Positions 19,066 through 27,860 of a stretch of 64,000 nt of DNA are shown in pieces. Position 1 is the first letter of the stretch, and every line of letters starts with the position of its first letter. Source of the stretch: Acidimicrobiia bacterium (GTDB lineage: Bacteria; Actinomycetota; Acidimicrobiia; Spongiisociales; ZC4RG35); assembly GCA_041747855.1 (NCBI GenBank), contig JBGTEJ010000048.1:19018-83017 (forward strand). The letters are read 5' to 3'. The position numbers and the translations under genes are program-made. The notes beneath the pieces are model-generated. The model had not been told where the DNA came from, did no database searches, and saw only the letters and a list, made by a program, of their open reading frames with translations.

Positions 19066-19185
19066 CCTCTGTGCCTACGGGGTTAGCTGCCGGGCTCGGG
19101 CTGGAAGGTGCCCTACCCGGCTTTCGCCGGGATTCGCCCCGTTGTCGGGTCCCCCGTCCCGATCACTCGGGTTCGGCGTCACGGA
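19066..19185 (-). promoter_or_regulatory. c-di-AMP riboswitch (ydaO-yuaA / kimA class) in the 5' leader of the CPA-USP antiporter gene
   Basis: The minus-strand RNA reads 5'-GACGCCGAACCCGAGUGAUCGGGACGGGGGACCCGACAACGGGGCGAAUCCCGGCGAAAGCCGGGUAGGGCACCUUCCAGCCCGAGCCCGGCAGCUAACCCCGUAGGCACAGAGGGAGGAG-3'. Both pseudo-symmetric halves (GCCGAAcCC...GGGACGGGGGAcCC and GGGGcGAAUCC-hairpin-UAGGGCACC) and the 3' segment CCCG.GCCCGGCAGCUAACCCCGuAGGCA fit the ydaO architecture as recalled from the T. tengcongensis crystal construct. The SD lies immediately 3' of the aptamer. Confidence 0.6.
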
Positions 19186-19325
19186 ATCGTACCCGTTCGT
19201 GAGCAAACATCAGACGCCAACACGCTACGACCCTTCCGCCGGGCCTAGCCTCCCTGCCAGAGCGCGGTGCCACACAGGCGGCCGCCTCGTGTTCGTCAGC
19301 GACACCGATGCTGTAGGGTTATCAG

Positions 19326-19511
19326 GTGTCAACAGAACCGATCCAGCCGGAAACTGACGAAGAGCGATCCAAAAGGCACGAGCGGGAGCGGATCGAGGCC
19401 AACGAGCGCTACGAAAGCGAACGCAAAGAGGCCGCGAGCAAGCATGACCGGGAACGTCTCGAAGCCCGGGATGTCCGCGAACAGGATCGTCGCAAAGACG
19501 ACAACACTTAG
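19326..19511 (+). CDS. Hypothetical small highly charged (E/R/K-rich) protein, 61 aa
   Basis: GTG-initiated ORF encoding ...ERSKRHERERIEANERYESERKEAASKHDRERLEARDV.... No SD was found and it may be non-coding. Confidence 0.2.
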   Translation: MSTEPIQPETDEERSKRHERERIEANERYESERKEAASKHDRERLEARDVREQDRRKDDNT

Positions 19512-19589
19512 GTCACACTGTCGGGGCCGGATCTCAGTCTTCGTCAGACACCTCTGCCTGAGGGTCTTGACGGGAGTTCGAACGGACTG

Positions 19590-20486
19590 TCAGGCCGGGG
19601 AGAAGCGAGCTTCGAAGCGCTCCGCCTTGTGAACTAGTTCTGCAGGCAGGGCCATCAGCTTTTCACGGACCTCAGAGGCCTTCGCGTCCAGTCCTTCGAG
19701 TGTCTCGATCCCCCACTGTTTGATGAGGGGCATGATCACCCCATCGTGGTGTACCCGCATGTTGTAGACACCGGCTTTGGCGATCTCGAGAGAACGGCGC
19801 TGAAATCCCCTGATTCCGGTTCCCGGCATCTGGAAATTGGAGAAGGTTCTGAGAATCCCCTCCAAGGCGGCGTTGGGATGCAGTTCCAGCATCGCCTGCA
19901 TCACGCCTTTGTAGAAGACGAAGTGGTGGTTCTCGTCGGCAGCGATATGACGCATCAACTCGAAGGCCGTCTCGTCTTCGGTGATCTTGCCGGTGTTTCG
20001 GTGTGACACCCTGGTCGCCAGTTCCTGGGCAGCCGTGTAGGCGATCAACTCCGAAGGATTGCCAAAGTCGGGGTAGTAGCCGGTGGTCATGGTGGCCATG
20101 CGATCGTCTTCCAACTCGACCGGATCACAGTTGCGGGTGGTGAGCAGAAAGGAGCGAATGGCGATGGCGTGTTGACCCTCCTCCGCCGTCCACAGACGAT
20201 TCCACTCTTTCCAGGCCGAACCGTCGGGCAAATGACTGTCCAAAAGGAGGTGGTAATAGGGCAAGTTGTCTTCAGTCAGTAGGTTCAGCACCAGTGCGGT
20301 GCGGGCCCGCTCATTGATGGTCGCCTGCGACTCCTCCCATGGCTCGGCGACGAAGTTTCGGCCCTCTTCCCAGGGGATGAGATCGTGGAAGTACCAATGC
20401 TTACGCCGTTCCTTGTGTTCTGCCATCAGCTTGGCGACCGTTGGCTCGACGGCCTCCAGGAGTTCAAGTTGTTCGTTGTATGCCAT
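19590..20486 (-). CDS. Acyl-[acyl-carrier-protein] desaturase (soluble di-iron desaturase, DesA1/DesA2-like)
   Basis: 298 aa in the ferritin-like di-iron family (EExxH-type ligands, e.g. AEEGQHAIAI and ADENHHFVFY). A hairpin follows the stop. Confidence 0.8.
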   Translation of the reverse strand: MAYNEQLELLEAVEPTVAKLMAEHKERRKHWYFHDLIPWEEGRNFVAEPWEESQATINERARTALVLNLLTEDNLPYYHLLLDSHLPDGSAWKEWNRLWTAEEGQHAIAIRSFLLTTRNCDPVELEDDRMATMTTGYYPDFGNPSELIAYTAAQELATRVSHRNTGKITEDETAFELMRHIAADENHHFVFYKGVMQAMLELHPNAALEGILRTFSNFQMPGTGIRGFQRRSLEIAKAGVYNMRVHHDGVIMPLIKQWGIETLEGLDAKASEVREKLMALPAELVHKAERFEARFSPA

Positions 20487-20594
20487 TGTCTTCCATTGTG
20501 TTGGTGCCCCCAGGGTATACCCGAATTCGCTTCGTGTGAATCGGCGTCGCTTGGGTTTTGATGGATGCTTGAATCTGCCGTCACTTTCGGCGCA

Positions 20595-22019
20595 TTACTG
20601 GGACCTCTCTCCCTCAGGTGGGCCGGACTCAGATACGAAAGGAGCGGCACCCCAGACTAGGTGCGGGTCGAAGAACTCCTTGATGCGCCGTTCCAGAGCC
20701 TGCTCCCTCGGCGGGATGAAACGACGGTAGAAAGGGGTGTTGTACGGCCCCAGACCGTGTTCGGCGCTGAAGGACCCTCCGAGCTCATCGACAACAATCG
20801 AGTACACCCTCGCCCGAACCGTTTCGAGATCGTCGGGTAAGACCCCCGAGGTGTAAACCAGCTGCATATGTGTGCCTCCCTCGGCCCAATGACCGAACTC
20901 GGTCACCAAAGGAGGAGTCGGATCATCACTGAACGCTTCCTCCACCCGATCATGAAGAAGGGCTAGGGATGCCCTCGGCACAGCGACATCAAAACGGACC
21001 GTGGCACCGGCGCCTCGCACACCTTCCGAAAGCGAATGACGGATCTTCCAAAGATCTTTTGGAGGTGCGATCACAGCATCCACGATCGGTGAGTTCGAAC
21101 GCACCGCGATCCGGTCGACCAGCCCGGCCAAGCGGCCTTCGAGGTCCAACTCGTCATGGGAGGCAACCTCGACCAATACATACTCGGCGTCCATCACCGG
21201 GAATGGTGGTCGTAAACCGGCGACGTTGGACATCGCGAGACGTATCGCGTCACCACTCATCAACTCGAACGCGCTCAGGTTCTCCCCGAATACCTTCTCG
21301 AATTGGACAATGACCGACAGGACGTGATGTCTCGACCGCATGGCAAGAAACCCGGTGGCCACCCGGGTCGGGATCGGCGCCACCCGGACCGCAACCCGAC
21401 CCACCACCCCGAGAGCACCGAACGAACCAACAAACATCCGCCCCAAGTTCAATCTCGAGTTGTCCTTACCAACCCGGGACACAGAACCAACCAACGACCC
21501 CGTCTCGTCGGCCAGAACCGCTTGCAAACTCAAGACTCTCTTCCCCATGTTTCCGTATCGAATTGTCCTGGCGCCCCCCGCGTTCGTGGCAACAAGACCA
21601 CCGATTGTTGGGTCCGAGGCCAGCTCGATAGGAAGGAAGAGACCCTCACCTGCCAGGGCACTGTTCAACTGGCTCAGGGTCACGCCACCCTCCACGACCG
21701 CTACACGGTCATCCGGTGAGAGGTCCAGGATTCGGTTCACACGCTCCAAGCTCAGGACGGCCTGAGTCCCGGAGCTATCGGGGGTGGAAGCCCCGACAAG
21801 ACCTGAGTTGGCGCCTTGAATCACGAATCGGGACCGGGTTCGGTAGGCCCACGCCGCTACCGCCGAAACCTCTTCAACGGTTCCTGGTTGGACCACGAAT
21901 CGGGCCTTGCCACGAAGGCCTCTCTCGGGGATCTCATGCCTGGCGATGAGGTCAGGGTCTTCGACGACCTTCCCCTCGACGAGTAGTGGGCGGATCGACT
22001 CGGCATCCGAATCCATCAT
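20595..22019 (-). CDS. FAD-binding oxidoreductase (FAD-linked oxidase, GlcD/D-lactate dehydrogenase-like)
   Basis: It has an FAD_binding_4 domain (RFVVQPGTVEEVSAVAAWA, GANSGLVGAS) and a FAD-oxidase C-terminal domain. The start is set at the MMDSD... ATG, and the track start at 22061 may be over-extended. Confidence 0.8.
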   Translation of the reverse strand: MMDSDAESIRPLLVEGKVVEDPDLIARHEIPERGLRGKARFVVQPGTVEEVSAVAAWAYRTRSRFVIQGANSGLVGASTPDSSGTQAVLSLERVNRILDLSPDDRVAVVEGGVTLSQLNSALAGEGLFLPIELASDPTIGGLVATNAGGARTIRYGNMGKRVLSLQAVLADETGSLVGSVSRVGKDNSRLNLGRMFVGSFGALGVVGRVAVRVAPIPTRVATGFLAMRSRHHVLSVIVQFEKVFGENLSAFELMSGDAIRLAMSNVAGLRPPFPVMDAEYVLVEVASHDELDLEGRLAGLVDRIAVRSNSPIVDAVIAPPKDLWKIRHSLSEGVRGAGATVRFDVAVPRASLALLHDRVEEAFSDDPTPPLVTEFGHWAEGGTHMQLVYTSGVLPDDLETVRARVYSIVVDELGGSFSAEHGLGPYNTPFYRRFIPPREQALERRIKEFFDPHLVWGAAPFVSESGPPEGERSQ

Positions 22020-22112
22020 GTGAGTCCAACGGTTTTGCCTGTGAGGGACACCACCAAACAAATCTAGTTCGGAAAGATCAGATCTTGGGAAGGCGGAAGC
22101 CGGACTTGTCGA

Positions 22113-22757
22113 TCACGTAGTCGCGGGACTCCGTTTCGCCATACGACGCACCGAACTCCAGTCCACATGCTCCAACCGTCCTCCACGTTTCATCACACGA
22201 CCACCGATGATCACGGTGTCGACGTTGCTCGTGTCCATACCGACGACGACGGCTGTGACTGGATCGTTCATGGGGGTCACGTTCAAGCGGTCGGTACGCA
22301 ACATGATGATGTCCGCCTGCTTTCCAGGAGTCAGGGTTCCCACCTTGTGCTCCAACCCGTTGGCCCGGGCACCCTCCACCGTCGCATACCCGAGGACCTC
22401 CCTCGCCGACACTGGTGCCTTGGAATCCCCGGCGGCCAACGCCCGTTGCAAGGCGGAAGGGACAACCCTGAAGTCGGTGCCTTCGGGATAGAACACGGGA
22501 AGCTCAGTTTCCTTCGGGGGTCGACCCCGCATGTACACACGTTTGGCTTTCCGATAGGTGGTTTTGGCCAACTCCTTGAGATCGCCCATCTGGAACAGGA
22601 TGATCCCCACCAGGACCAGGGCACCGATGATCATCTGACCGTCACTGTTGGACAGAACGAGGTAGGGGAGCAGGTAGCCGGGGGACACAAGCGGTACCAG
22701 TAGCGTTCCAATGAGTGTAGGAAACGGCGGGTCACCGACCAGGTCGACCAGAATCAC
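22113..22757 (-). pseudogene. Remnant of an amidohydrolase-family gene (C-terminal ~120 aa only; N-terminal metal-binding half missing)
   Basis: The C-terminal region ALQRALAAGD...EVLGYATVEGARANGLEHKVGTLTPGKQADIIMLRTDRLNVTPMNDPVTAVVVG...VDTVIIGGRVMKRGG matches the C-terminus of amidohydrolases. The upstream part of the ORF is hydrophobic junk without HxH or other metal-ligand motifs. Confidence 0.5.
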
Positions 22758-22760
22758 CGG

Positions 22761-23765
22761 GTGTTGAGAAGAATCGCCTTATGTCTGATGGTGGCCGGAT
22801 GTACGGCCTCGTTAGTCGATACCACATCCACGACCACCGAGCCGTCGGTGACGACCACCCCATCGCCCACGTCAACCTCCTCGACCACTACCACCACCTT
22901 GCCGACCACCACAACGAACGCTCCGACGACAACCAGCCCCACAACCACTACGCACGGTCCGACGAGCACGGTGCTCCCAGCAACAACCACGACCAAGCCC
23001 ACAGCGATCACAACGACCACCGAGCCTCTGGGAGACCACTGCCGTCCGCAAATGTTCACCCCCGAGGTCAGGGAGAACCTGGTCCGGGACTACCCGGCGC
23101 AGAAGATCACGGCGCACGTCTTCGACACCCGGACCGGCTGTTCCTATTCCCTCAACCCTGGCAACCGCCAGAATCCGGCATCTGTGTTCAAGGTGATGGT
23201 CATGGCCGGCACCTTGCTCGAAGCGCAGTCTGCCGGCAGGCCGGTGAGCGATTGGGAGATAGCACAAATGGTCCCGATGATCACCCAGTCGACCAATCCG
23301 GAAGTACGGAGCCTGTGGAACAGCTTCGGTGGTTCACCGTGGTTTCAGAATCAGGCGACCATCTTTGGCTTATCACAGACCACGGTCATCGGCGACGCCC
23401 CCAACTCCACCTGGGGCAACACCCAGACTTCAGCTAGAGATCAGGTGAACCTCCTGCGACAGGTGCTTCTCGGTGACTGGGGACCCCTCGAACCCGGATA
23501 CCGGGCGATAGCCCTCGACCTGATGACCTCGGTTGTACCGTCCCAAACCTGGGGGGTCACCGCCGGAGTCCCGGATGGGTGGACAGTGGCTCAGAAAAAC
23601 GGGTTTGCCGGTGTGACCACCAACTCCGTGGGTTGGGTGGACGAGCCAGGCCCGAGCCGGGGGTACGTGGTAGCGATCCTCACCAGGGGTTGGTCCAGTT
23701 GGGAAGCCGGCGTGGGACCGGTAGAACGGATCAGCCAGATCGTTGCTGCTGCGATGACCGACTGA
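22761..23765 (+). CDS. Lipoprotein with Thr-rich linker and class-A beta-lactamase-like (serine hydrolase, SxxK) domain
   Basis: Lipobox LMVAGC, then a ~70-aa T/P/S linker, then PASVFKVMVMAGTLL (S-V-F-K = SxxK). Confidence 0.55.
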   Translation: MLRRIALCLMVAGCTASLVDTTSTTTEPSVTTTPSPTSTSSTTTTTLPTTTTNAPTTTSPTTTTHGPTSTVLPATTTTKPTAITTTTEPLGDHCRPQMFTPEVRENLVRDYPAQKITAHVFDTRTGCSYSLNPGNRQNPASVFKVMVMAGTLLEAQSAGRPVSDWEIAQMVPMITQSTNPEVRSLWNSFGGSPWFQNQATIFGLSQTTVIGDAPNSTWGNTQTSARDQVNLLRQVLLGDWGPLEPGYRAIALDLMTSVVPSQTWGVTAGVPDGWTVAQKNGFAGVTTNSVGWVDEPGPSRGYVVAILTRGWSSWEAGVGPVERISQIVAAAMTD

Positions 23766-23784
23766 CTTCTTCCGATCGACTCCT

Positions 23785-24801
23785 TCAGTCGCGCAACAGC
23801 GGCGCTACCTCTTTGCCCAAGAGTTCGATGGACCTGATCACCGTCTCGTGGTCCATGGTCCCAACGCTCATGTGCATCTCGAACCGATCGAATCCGAGCA
23901 CATCTCTCCATCGGGCGATCTTGGCCGCCACCATCTCGGGATCGCCGATCACGAGAGATCCTTCGGGACCTGTCATCCAATCGAACTGGTCTCGGGTCAT
24001 GGGGCCCCATCCCCGCTCTCTTCCGAGACGTGTCATCGCCACCGAATAGGAGGGATAGAAGGTTTCGACCGCCTCCTCTGTGGTTTCAGCGATCAGACCG
24101 TGAGCATGCACCGACACCGGATACTCCTCAGGGTCACGCCCGGTCTCGATCAGGGTTCGCCGATAGAGGTCGGTAAGACTGGAGAAGCGATCAGGGCTCC
24201 CGCCGATGATGGCCAAAGCAAGTCCGAGACCCCGGGTCCCGGCCCTGACCACCGAGGCTGGCGTACCTCCCACAGCAATCCGGATTGGAAGCTGACGTTC
24301 CGGTCTCGGGTAGACACCCTGGCCGAGGATCGGGGACCGATGCTGGCCTGACCATTCGATGACCTCGTTGTCCCGAATCTGGAGGAGGAGGTCCAGCTTC
24401 TCGGCAAACAGTTCGTCGTAGTCCTCCAGCTCATAGCCGAACAGCGGGAACGACTCGATGAACGACCCCCTGCCTACCAGAAGCTCGGCCCGTCCTGACG
24501 AGATGAGGTCGAGGGTGGCATATTGCTGAAAAACGCGAACTGGATCGTCCGTCGAGAGGATGGAGACGGCCGGAAACAGTCTGATACGACTGGTTCGTCC
24601 CGCTGCCGCCGCCAGCACCACCACCGGTGCCGATGCTGCAAAGTCCGACCGATGATGTTCTCCAAGACCGTAGACATCGAGACCCACCTCCTCGGCGACG
24701 ACGATCTCGTCGATCACCTGTCGGAGCCTCTCGCCATGGCCGACTGGATCCCTGCCGGGAGCCGGGATCGTCTCGGCGAAGCTGGTTATGCCGAGCTCCA
24801 C
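23785..24801 (-). CDS. LLM-class flavin-dependent oxidoreductase (luciferase-like monooxygenase family)
   Basis: The start is re-assigned to the GTG at 24799-24801 (VELGITSFAETIP...), which lies 1 nt after the pirin stop and is preceded by GGAGG. The track ORF to 24867 would overlap pirin by 65 nt. Confidence 0.75.
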   Translation of the reverse strand: MELGITSFAETIPAPGRDPVGHGERLRQVIDEIVVAEEVGLDVYGLGEHHRSDFAASAPVVVLAAAAGRTSRIRLFPAVSILSTDDPVRVFQQYATLDLISSGRAELLVGRGSFIESFPLFGYELEDYDELFAEKLDLLLQIRDNEVIEWSGQHRSPILGQGVYPRPERQLPIRIAVGGTPASVVRAGTRGLGLALAIIGGSPDRFSSLTDLYRRTLIETGRDPEEYPVSVHAHGLIAETTEEAVETFYPSYSVAMTRLGRERGWGPMTRDQFDWMTGPEGSLVIGDPEMVAAKIARWRDVLGFDRFEMHMSVGTMDHETVIRSIELLGKEVAPLLRD

Positions 24802-24802
24802 A

Positions 24803-25815
24803 TCACACCTCCAGTCTGTCGCGATGTTCGACCCGTCCATCCGAATGAAGGGCGAAACGACCTTCACCGCGGGCGTGGACAGGATCGGGGCGTGACCATG
24901 GCCACCCGCCGAACTGAGTGGCGTAGTAATCGGTTACCGCTTGATGAAGCTCTTCAGGGGTGTTCATCACGAAGGGGCCCATCTGGAAGACGGGGGCGCC
25001 AATCGGCATACCCTCGAGGAGGAGGAACTCGGCAGGCCCGCCACGGTTGGTTATTCGAGCCGACTCAGTCGGGTCGAGTCGGGCACCGATCTTGGCCTCG
25101 ACACTGACACCGTCGACGACAACGTCATCGCCGATGAAGCAATGGAGCATCCGGTTGACTCCCGGAGCTGAGGATGGCAGCTCCCATGTGGCCTCGGCTT
25201 CGAGTCTGATCAGCCAGATCCCGAGATGACCGTCCCGGTTGGAACCCCACGAGTCGGGGGGAGGCGAAGGTGGTCTCGACTCTCCGAGCGATCCGGCGAT
25301 GACATCGACTGAGACTCCACGAACCGGGTGAACGGTGGGAATGTCCTCGCTCCACAGCATCCCGAAGTAGGGATCGACCATCTTCGACCGGGGTGGGAGG
25401 TTGAGCCAGATCTGAAACAGCTCCATGGTGTTGGGGCCACCGGGATCGAGGAGGGGGAACATCTCGGAGTGCATGATCCCGCTTCCCGTTGTCAGCCACT
25501 GGACATCACCTTCGCCATAGCGGGCGGTTGCCCCCAGAGAGTCGGAGTGGTCGACATATCCCCTGCGCACTACGGTGACCGTCTCGAAGCCCCGATGCGG
25601 ATGACGGGGAAAGCCAGGCACATCCACACCGTGGTACATGCTCCATCCGTCCCGGTAGGAGAAGTCGGAGCCGAGGTTGCGACCGTCAAGAGGCATGGTC
25701 GGACCGAGCTCGTGGTTACCGGCCGGATAGTGGTCCACATGGTGGACCGTCATGAGGAAAGGGTCCAAACCCTGCCAGGGGAATCCTAGTTGGTGGAGTT
25801 CGAGTACAGCTGCCA
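24803..25815 (-). CDS. Pirin family protein (cupin; quercetin 2,3-dioxygenase-like)
   Basis: It has HPHRGFETVTVVRRGYVDHSDSLG and GDVQWLTTGSGIMHSEM (cupin metal-site motifs). The start is trimmed to the ATG at 25815 (MAAVLELHQLGF...), and the track ORF is over-extended upstream. Confidence 0.85.
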
Positions 25816-25958
25816 TCAGTTGATATGACAACCATCCTACCTGGTCGGTTGTTCCCGGGACCAAATTGGCGACGATGACCCGTCCTCGAGACCGTCGGCC
25901 TGTCGGAACTCTCCGGTCGATGTTTAGTCGAAGGCAAAACGGGATAATCTTGAGACAC

Positions 25959-26810
25959 ATGGTCAGGTTCAGAAAAACTCCAACGGGCCCTGGCCAGGTC
26001 CTCGACCGGAGGGGCGGAGGTGCCAGCCCCGGTATGAAGCTCGGAGTCGGGGGCGGCGGGATCGGAGCGATCATCCTCATGGTCATCCTCTTCCTCAGCG
26101 GAGGGGGCACCGACCTCGGCGACTTGACCAACATGCTCCAGCCGCCCTCTCAGACCGGCGGTGTCCCCCTCGACCCGTCACAAGACCCCGACGCCGATCT
26201 AGTGGAGTTTCTCGGACTGGTCCTACAGGACGCCCAGGCAATGTGGCAGCAGATATTCACCGATTCGGGTCTCACCTACCGCCCCACCAACCTGGTCGTC
26301 TTCAACGGGGCCACCCAGTCGGGATGCGGTGGAGCACAGGCGCAGTTCGGACCCCACTACTGCCCCGCCGACGAGCTGGTCTACATGGACCTCGACTTCC
26401 TTCAAGAGCTGCAAGAACGATTCGGCGCAGTTGGTGACACCGCTCAGGCCTACATCATGGCCCATGAGATAGCCCATCATGTCCAACACCTGCTCGGCAT
26501 CACCGATGAGGCACGATCCCAAGGGGGCAATCAGGGCTTGATCGCACTCGAACTCCAGGCCGATTGCTTCGCTGGCATCTGGCTCCACACCCTCGAGAGC
26601 GGGACGTCGGCTGCCGTCCTCGAAGAAGGAGATCTCGAAGAGGCCCTCAACGCGGCGGCTGCCGTGGGTGACGACAACATCCAACGTCAGACTTCAGGAC
26701 GGGTCTCGCCTGACTCCTTCACTCATGGCACCTCGGAGCAGAGATCCAATTGGCTTCTCAGAGGCTTCCGGTCCGGGAACCCGAGCGACTGCGACACCTT
26801 CTCCAGCTGA
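25959..26810 (+). CDS. Putative neutral zinc metallopeptidase (YpfJ family), single N-terminal TM
   Basis: It has HExxH in MAHEIAHHVQ, an N-terminal ...VLDRRGGG... and a Gly-rich TM. The start is the ATG at 25959. Confidence 0.75.
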   Translation: MVRFRKTPTGPGQVLDRRGGGASPGMKLGVGGGGIGAIILMVILFLSGGGTDLGDLTNMLQPPSQTGGVPLDPSQDPDADLVEFLGLVLQDAQAMWQQIFTDSGLTYRPTNLVVFNGATQSGCGGAQAQFGPHYCPADELVYMDLDFLQELQERFGAVGDTAQAYIMAHEIAHHVQHLLGITDEARSQGGNQGLIALELQADCFAGIWLHTLESGTSAAVLEEGDLEEALNAAAAVGDDNIQRQTSGRVSPDSFTHGTSEQRSNWLLRGFRSGNPSDCDTFSS

Positions 26811-26829
26811 TTCCGCTGGAACCAAGTCG

Positions 26830-27831
26830 TCATCCCAGCGCCGGGATGACAGTCTCCCCGTATGCCTCGAGTGTGCCTTCCTGATCGTCGTGCATCAGAT
26901 AGATGCCGAACTGATCGACCCCTAACTGCTTGAGCTGGCTGAGCTTGTCGATGTGGTCCTGGACGGTCCCGAGGACGCAGAAGCGATCCACGATCTCGTC
27001 TGGCACGAAGTCGGTCGAAGGATTGCCTGACCTGCCGTGATGGTCGTAGTCATAGCCCTCCCGAGCCCTTATGTAATCGGAGAGGGCTCTGGGCACCTTC
27101 TCCTCGTCGTCTCCATAGCGTTTGACCATGTCGGCCACGTGGTTACCGACCATCCCGCCGAACCAGCGGAGCTGCTCCCGCTGATGCTCGAGGTTGTCGC
27201 CTACATAAGCGGGAGCAACCACACAGATCTTCAACGCTTCCGGATCACGTCCCGCCTCGGCGGCCGCCGCCCTGACCGCTCCCATCGTCCACTCCAGAAC
27301 CTGCGGATCAGCGAGCTGGAGGATGAACCCGTCGGCATGACGACCAATCGTTTCCAGGGCTTTCGGCCCATATCCAGCCACCCACATCGGAAGGTCCCAA
27401 CCCTCCCCCACCCACGGGAATCGCAATGGCTTACCGTTGTAGGCCACCTCCTCCCCGGCAACCAGGGACTTGATCACTTCCATCGATTGGACCATCGTCT
27501 CCAGGGTCGTGGGCTGCTCACCTATGTAGCGAAGGGCGGAATCTCCCCGCCCCATGCCACAGATGGTCCGACCCCCGTACATATCGTTGAGGGTGGCGAA
27601 CAAGGATGCGATGACGGTCCAGTCCCGGGTCCCCGGGTTGGTGACCATCGGCCCCACGACCATGCGTTCGGTCTCGGCGAGCATCCTCGAATAGATGACG
27701 AAGGGTTCTTGCCAAAGGACATGGCTGTCGAACGTCCAACCATGGCTGAAGCCCAACCCCTCGGCCATTCTCGTCAGCTCGATGACCCGACTCGCAGGTG
27801 GATCGGTCTGGAGCACAACACCGAAATCCAT
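26830..27831 (-). CDS. LLM-class (luciferase-like) F420/flavin-dependent oxidoreductase
   Basis: 333 aa with a TIM-barrel LLM fold (MDFGVVLQTDPP...). It lies 29 nt downstream of dihydropyrimidinase in the same operon. Confidence 0.8.
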   Translation of the reverse strand: MDFGVVLQTDPPASRVIELTRMAEGLGFSHGWTFDSHVLWQEPFVIYSRMLAETERMVVGPMVTNPGTRDWTVIASLFATLNDMYGGRTICGMGRGDSALRYIGEQPTTLETMVQSMEVIKSLVAGEEVAYNGKPLRFPWVGEGWDLPMWVAGYGPKALETIGRHADGFILQLADPQVLEWTMGAVRAAAAEAGRDPEALKICVVAPAYVGDNLEHQREQLRWFGGMVGNHVADMVKRYGDDEEKVPRALSDYIRAREGYDYDHHGRSGNPSTDFVPDEIVDRFCVLGTVQDHIDKLSQLKQLGVDQFGIYLMHDDQEGTLEAYGETVIPALG

Positions 27832-27860
27832 CTCTACTCAGTTCCCAGAGGAGTGGCAGG

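Noticed and set aside
19076-19190. G-rich structured region (GGGGTTAGCTGCCGGG...) considered as tmRNA, RNase P or SRP RNA on the plus strand
   Set aside because: It lacks the conserved RNase P P4 / GGAAAGUCCGGGCUCC, the tmRNA tag and tRNA-like ends, and the SRP domain IV motifs. Read on the minus strand it matches the ydaO c-di-AMP riboswitch architecture instead.
19512-19589. tRNA-like GAGTTCGAAC motif downstream of the desaturase gene
   Set aside because: No complementary acceptor stem or cloverleaf can be built. It is better explained as an imperfect terminator hairpin after the desaturase stop.
22167-22703. Plus-strand 178-aa ORF
   Set aside because: It is antisense to the amidohydrolase-remnant ORF whose C-terminal motifs are recognisable. 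The plus-frame product is H/D/G-rich low complexity.
22800-23010. ACC/ACG codon repeats (also at 6650-6780, 33700-33800, 37880-37990, 51560-51660, 53170-53260) examined as possible CRISPR or tandem repeat arrays
   Set aside because: They are in-frame poly-Thr/Pro linker-coding segments inside CDSs, with irregular units and no repeat-spacer periodicity. No CRISPR array or cas genes are present.
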